NCBI GenBank assembly: GCA_964016885.1
Contig: OZ024743.1
Span: forward strand, 36,456,001 to 36,520,000
Source: Eledone cirrhosa
Lineage: Eukaryota
Length of the DNA stretch: 64,000 bases
Direction: 5' to 3'
This document shows, piece after piece, positions 54,361 to 64,000 of this stretch. The notes beneath the pieces are model-generated. The model did no database searches, was not told the DNA's origin, and saw only the letters and a list, made by a program, of their open reading frames with translations. Position 1 is the stretch's first letter, and each line of letters begins with the position of its first letter. The position numbers and the translations under genes were made by a program.

Positions 54361-57150
54361 GTGCGGGAGCTGGTGTCTCAAAAAATAAAACAAAACAAAA
54401 AAACACTGAACCTTAAAACCACTAACCTCAATGAGTGAAATGAATCAAAACCTTTGTTTACACAACGACGTGAATGGTGCTAGAGCTACTTATGAAGGTG
54501 CCTCGTCTGGCAGGTGTCCTGTGGTTGAGCAGCGCAGACCCAGTCATCATCATAACACTGCTTGAATGAAGTGGAGTAAGGAGGTAAACATGGCTGTTAT
54601 GGAGTGTTATTTTAGAAGCAGGCCTGTGAATGGAAATGGTGGGCCAATTAGAGGATATAGACAAATAATGTTACGGGTATGGCAGGAGATGGGACTCTTT
54701 GAAGTAACTGAACAGAAGATTTGTGATCAGGCAAGAGCAATACGCAAAAACGGATGACTGAGATTGAGATTGAAATAATAAAGAAAAAGATAAGCCAGGA
54801 GGGTGTGAAGGATATAGAAGCTCAGGATGATGGAGATTCAAATAAAAATGTGAGTATGGAATATGAAGGACTCCAATAGGAAGAAGAGGAACTGAATATT
54901 CGAAATTATGCGGGAGGTGACATTAACATTGATGAACTGAAGGACATTTCAGAAAAAGACAGACAAATGATTACTGATATATTGGAGATCTCTAAATCAG
55001 GAGGCAGTAATCCAAAAACTTTTAAAAAAAGAAACCAATGTCAATTAAAAGAAATAAATAACAAAGTAAACAACATCCTTGACAAGGTGCCAACTAGAAC
55101 ATCACAGAAACCAACAATTTAATCTGAAGGTAAATGGCATGGTTAGGAATGATGATGTAATCCCCGATGAGGATGAAACTAAGAATATCTGGAGTGTAGG
55201 AAAAGAGCACAATAGAAGTGTGGGGTGGCTGACTAACATCTAAAATGACTTTGGGGATAATCAACAGGGTGAATTGGGGATAACAGCTGATATGGTAACT
55301 ATCCAGTGTAGAAGGATACCAAATTGGAAAGCTCTCAGCAGAGACGGTGTGCAAGGATTCTGGTTGAAAAATGTGAGGGCCCTTCATAGGAGAATTGCTG
55401 AGCAACTCAATAAGATCTTGAATGGAGAAGAGAGGTTGCCAGAATGGCTAACCTTTGGGAGAACGATCTTGTGTTTGAAGGACCCCAGCAATACAAATGC
55501 AGTTGACAACTTTAGACCAATCTCTTGCCTCCCCCTTATGTGGAAACTTATGACAGGTGTCATTGTTGAGGCAATACCTGGAGGTGACACTATCTGCAGA
55601 GCAGAAGGGATGTAGGAGAAGAAGCAGGGGGACTAAGGATCAATTGCTGATTGATAAAGCGATCATTAAATATTGTAAATGGAAACACTCAAATCTGGCC
55701 ATGGCGTGGATCAATTACCGCAAGGCTTAGGACATGGTGCCATATAGTTGGATAGTAGAATGTTGGGAAAGGTTTGGTATTGCAGTAAACGTTAGAAAGC
55801 ATCTGCTAAGCAGTATGAATGGTTGGAAGACTGAGCTGACATCATGTAAACAGCCATTGGGAGTTGTGAAGATCAAGAGAGGAATATTTCAGAGAAACAG
55901 TCTTTCACCTTTGCTGTTTGTACTGTGGTGTTGAGAGGTCAAAAGCTGGTTGCCACTTGGGAGGACGTGAATTTAAGATAAACCACCCGCTGTTCATAGA
56001 TAACCTAAAGCTTTATGGGAAATCCTACGAACATATTGATTCCCTTGTACAGACAGTTCATACATTTATTACGGAAATAGGAATGGGATTTGGCATAACA
56101 AGTGTGGGCTGCTACTACTGAAGCGGAGTAGAATTAATAATATGGAAGGAATTGAATTACCAGATGGACAAGTTATGAAGGAAATTGATGACAACGGGTA
56201 TAAGTACTTAGACATAATGGAAACAAACCAAATGAAAGAGAAAGAAATGAAAGAACTATTATCAAAGCAATATAAACGGAGACTGAATTTGGTGTTAAAG
56301 ATGAAGTTAAGTGGTAGGAATAAGATACTGGCTATCAACACATGGGCTGCTGCAGTGCTACAGTAGAGCACTGGTATGATAGAGTGGAGATGTGAGGAAC
56401 TTAAGGAACTTGATAGAAAAACCAGGAAAATGCTGACACTACAAGGGGCTCAACATCTCAAAAGTGACATGGACAGGTTGTATCTATCATGACAGAGAGG
56501 AGCAAGAAGTCTCATTAGCTGTGAAATGTGTGTGAATTTAGAGGAAAATAATCTGGCATGGTATGTAAAGAATTCAAAGCAGAGATTGATGGCAGGAGTA
56601 AGAAAGATAAAGGTCCTAAACAGTGATGAAGCAAAGGAAAAGGGAGAATTAAAACAAGACAGACAGTATGACACATTGAATAGATGGAAGAAAACAAAAT
56701 GCATTGTCAATTCTTAAATGAAATGTCTGAAATAGTTGACAAAGATAGGAACTGGGAATGGACTTGCAAAAATGACTTAAAAGCTGAAACTGAGGCCCTT
56801 ATTTTTGCAGCCCAGGAACAGGCACTGAGAAGGAAAATGGGAAAGTTGGGATATATTAGAAGCTGAAGAGAAAAATCCTGAAACTGTGGAGAATCAGACA
56901 CCGAGAAGTGGTTGGTGCACTGGGAGCAGCTTGTAAAAGGTTGGATGCATGTCTTGAGAAGCTAGGAATTACTATCAGTACAGGATTGCTGCAGAAAACA
57001 GCCTTGCTGGGAACAACAAGAATTCTAAGAAAGGTGTTGGAAAGTTGAAGAAGGACTCAAAGGACCTTTGGCCATTAGCTCTGGTTCACTCTTTTGGTAT
57101 AAGGTCAGTATAACATCTGCCAGAACAAAAGCGTTACGAATAATAATAAT
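54361..57150 (+). mobile_element. Degenerate near full-length R4/Dong-like LINE with (TAA)n tail; RLE region mostly deleted
   Basis: N-terminal [34 protein letters not shown]; RT motifs [32 protein letters not shown] and LFIDNLKLY; then LIFAAQEQALR and LQKTALLGT.RILRKVL. Ends in aataataataat. Confidence 0.88.
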
Positions 57151-57162
57151 TATATATATATA

Positions 57163-57888
<726 letters not shown>

Positions 57889-57889
57889 A

Positions 57890-57949
<60 letters not shown>

Positions 57950-58049
57950 GCGTAGACTTTGAAATACAATAGGAGGAAACAAAATAGTACCACTGATAAT
58001 ATTGCAGATGTGCAACAAAAGAACTTTGATAGACTATATATATATATAT

Positions 58050-58256
58050 ATATTAATAATTGGAAACTATATTTATAAAACCATGATTATTTTATTATAT
58101 ATGTTTCAAGGGCGACCAAGGTAAATCAATATTTTTTTATAAAACAAATCTGTATTTTATCTGATGAAAGCGCACCATAATTTACCTTGGTCGCCCTTTA
58201 AATATATATAATAAAATAATTATGGTTCTATAAATATAGTTTCCATTTATTAATAT
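58050..58256. repeat. Old ~70-bp inverted repeat next to (TA)n with hammerhead-like remnant
   Basis: Arms ...ggaaactatatttata...aagggcgaccaaggtaaat and atttaccttggtcgccctt...tataaatatagtttcc. Between them lies ctgatgaaagcgc, then acca-taatttacct-tggt-C. Confidence 0.55.
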
Positions 58257-58352
58257 ATTGTATATTTACTCCACTAACTTGTTGAGTGCTCTATATCAGT
58301 TATAAACATTTTTAAGCTTGTTGAATCCCAACAAATTAAATATAACCTCTGC

Positions 58353-58450
<98 letters not shown>

Positions 58451-58467
58451 ACATGCATGTAATATAT

Positions 58468-58503
<36 letters not shown>

Positions 58504-58829
58504 CGGTACCGAGACAAAATATGTTAATGCTTATATAGATTTTGCGTATATACTTATATATATATATACTGAGAGAGAGAGAGAGGGGGGGGGGGCATTC
58601 AATCAAATACTTTATATGAAATAATAGCTTATACATAAAAGATAAACAAGTAAAGGAAGCATGCACGTGTGTATGTATGTATGTATGTATATATGTGTGT
58701 GTGTATGTATGTATATATGTGTGTGTATGTATGTATGTATGTATATATGTGTGAGTGTATGTATGTATGTATCTATCTATATACATATGTAAACATTAAT
58801 AGTAACATAAATGTATGGTTATGTGTTGG

Positions 58830-59600
58830 TGGTGGTGGGTATGCTAGTTGTGACGGTGTGAATGGGGGGATGGGTTATGGTGGTAGTGGGGGTAGGGGTG
58901 TTGTTGTTGGGGGGGGGGGGGTAATGTGGAGGTGATGGTGGAATGGGGGTGGTAGTGGTGTTGGTGAGTTGTTTGTGATGGTGGTGGTGGTCGTCGTCGT
59001 GGTAGTTTTTGGTGGTGTGTGGTAGTTTTTGGTAGTTTTTGGTAATGGTGGTGGTGGGGTGGTGGTGTTGGTGCTGTTGTTTGTGATGGTGGTGGTCGTC
59101 GTCGTCGTGGTAGTTTTTGGTGGTGTGTGGGTGATGATTGTAATGGTGCTGGTGGGGTGGTGGTGTTGGTGTTGTTGGTCGTCATGTTGGCGTGGATATG
59201 TGGGGGGGGGGGGGGCAATGGTGGAGTTCGTAGGGGTGGTGGTGTTGGTGTTGTTGTTCGTGGTGGTGGTGTTGGTGGTAGTTTTCGTGGTGTGGGGTGA
59301 TGGTGGTGATTGTGGTGGTACTTGTGGCGGAGGGTGCTGTTTGTGGTGGTAGTAGGGGTGATGGTGTTGGTGTTGTTGGTCGTCATGTTGGCGTGGATAT
59401 GTGGGGGGGGGGCAATGGTGGAGTTCGTAGGGGTGGTGGTGTTGGTGTTGTTGTTCGTGGTGGTGGTGTTGGTGGTAGTTTTCGTGGTGTGGGGTGATGG
59501 TGGTGATTGTGGTGGTACTTGTGGCGGAGGGTGCTGTTTGTGGTGGTAGTAGGGGTGATGGTGGTGTTGTTGGTCGTGGTTGTAGTGATGTTCGTGGAGT
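58830..59600. repeat. (GGT/GTT)-rich low-complexity tract with a ~201-bp tandem duplication
   Basis: gtcatgttggcgtggatatg occurs at 59181 and 59382. Confidence 0.85.
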
Positions 59601-59635
59601 AAATCAAAGAAACAGTAAAAACAAAAGATTATTAC

Positions 59636-59712
59636 CTGATCAGTGTTTGAAATGGTGGACATGAGCAATGGTAGGGAAATGTCTTGGATTGGTGTTGAAT
59701 ATTGACTTCTTT
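59636..59712 (-). CDS. Candidate 77-nt host exon (KEVNIQHQSKTFPYHCSCPPFQTLI)
   Basis: Unique sequence between low-complexity tracts. Acceptor ctattctgttctgtgttatctttcAG, donor CAG|GTAATA, open in phase 0. Confidence 0.45.
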
Positions 59713-59779
59713 CTGAAAGATAACACAGAACAGAATAGTTATAGAGTTATAGCGTGAGTGAAGGAATAGACTGTTACAT

Positions 59780-61740
<1,961 letters not shown>

Positions 61741-61842
61741 TAACTCCAGGTGATCTGACAGTAGGATGGCGGTTGCTAGTTCAACAAATACATCTTAGTG
61801 CAAGGAGTGCATTAAGATGTATTTCCTCTTTACAACACATAC

Positions 61843-62155
61843 TCTTTGCTGATTGGCTGACTTTGACGAATGATGGTAGTAGTGTTGTTGTTGGTGGTGG
61901 TAGGTGGCTAATAATGATGATAATGGTGTAAAGTCATGATGTGGTGGCTGTTGTGATCGTCCTGGATTTTGTGATATGGTGGTGGTGGTGTTAGTGGTTG
62001 TGGTGGTGGTCGTCGTCGTCGTGGTGATGGTGGTGGTAGTGGTCGTGGTGGTGTTGGTGTTGGTGGTAGTGATGGTGGTGGTGGTAGTGGTCGTCGTTGT
62101 GGTGGTGATGGTGATGGTGGTAGTGGTTGTGGTGGCGATGATCGTGACGGTATCA
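61843..62155 (-). CDS. Candidate 313-nt Thr/His/Gln-rich host exon
   Basis: Branch-like CACTAAT about 30 nt before tactatcAG, donor AGA|GTATGT. Only one frame is open (DTVTIIATTT...SQNPGRSQQPPHH...SANQQR), ending in phase 0. Confidence 0.35.
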
Positions 62156-62619
62156 CTGATAGTATACATCGTATGTAATAATATTAGTGGTGATATTTTT
62201 TTACAACACCGGTAGTGGTTATGGTAGTGGTGGCGGCGCTGAGTAACTGTGTTGTTGTTGTTGTTTAGCCCAGGGCGACCCTGATGGAGTAGAACTATAA
62301 TAAAAATCCTTCTGGTTGTGAACATCCTGTTTTGCCTTTTCAGATATTTTGGGCTACATTATACAAAATAGTTTTTTTTTTTTTTTTTTGAAGACAGCAA
62401 GGTGTGATCTGAAGTGGATTTGGCTGCTATTTCTTGCAAACTGAGGGACTGCGTAAAGATTCACGGATTGGTTCATTCCTGAAAGACTTGACGGCACTGA
62501 TGGCAGTAATGTGGATAAAATGTGAGGGCATTTGTAATGGAATAGCGGGAAAGAAGGAAAGATATATAGAGGGGAACATGACGGAATGGTGAGGTGGAGT
62601 GAATGAAACGATGGGAGAG

Positions 62620-64000
<1,381 letters not shown>

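Noticed and set aside
58279-58348. Possible 70-nt minus-strand exon
   Set aside because: The acceptor lies in (TA)n without a pyrimidine tract, and it gives an early stop in the phase set by the upstream candidate exon.

Overview
This is a very AT-rich, microsatellite-saturated animal window. The repeat content looks cephalopod/octopus-like, which is an inference. Almost all ORFs in the supplied track are translations of (TA)n, (TACA)n, (GA)n, (GAT)n or (GAAA)n and are not genes. The real coding remnants are transposable elements: three Penelope-like elements (PLEs; RT and/or GIY-YIG), four R4/Dong-like restriction-like-endonuclease (RLE) LINE copies, three CRE-like RLE LINE fragments, CR1/L2-like and RTE fragments, and a decayed hAT-like transposase. 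Also present are a non-autonomous Helitron, tRNA-derived SINEs and a ~610-bp non-autonomous retroposon family in (TATG)n. The most striking signal is a set of type I hammerhead ribozymes (HHRs) in non-coding elements inserted in (TA)n. One is a ~540-580-bp non-coding unit forming a tandem plus inverted array at 24005-26474 with four intact HHRs; its inversion junction falls on the predicted self-cleavage site (a retrozyme-like element). Several other small PLE-terminus-like families carry HHRs and insertion-generated palindromes. Four unrelated families share a U.U mismatch at the base of stem II in place of the canonical G10.1-C11.1 pair. Three phase-compatible candidate exons on the minus strand suggest part of the window is intronic. 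All calls were made by eye and boundaries are approximate unless stated.
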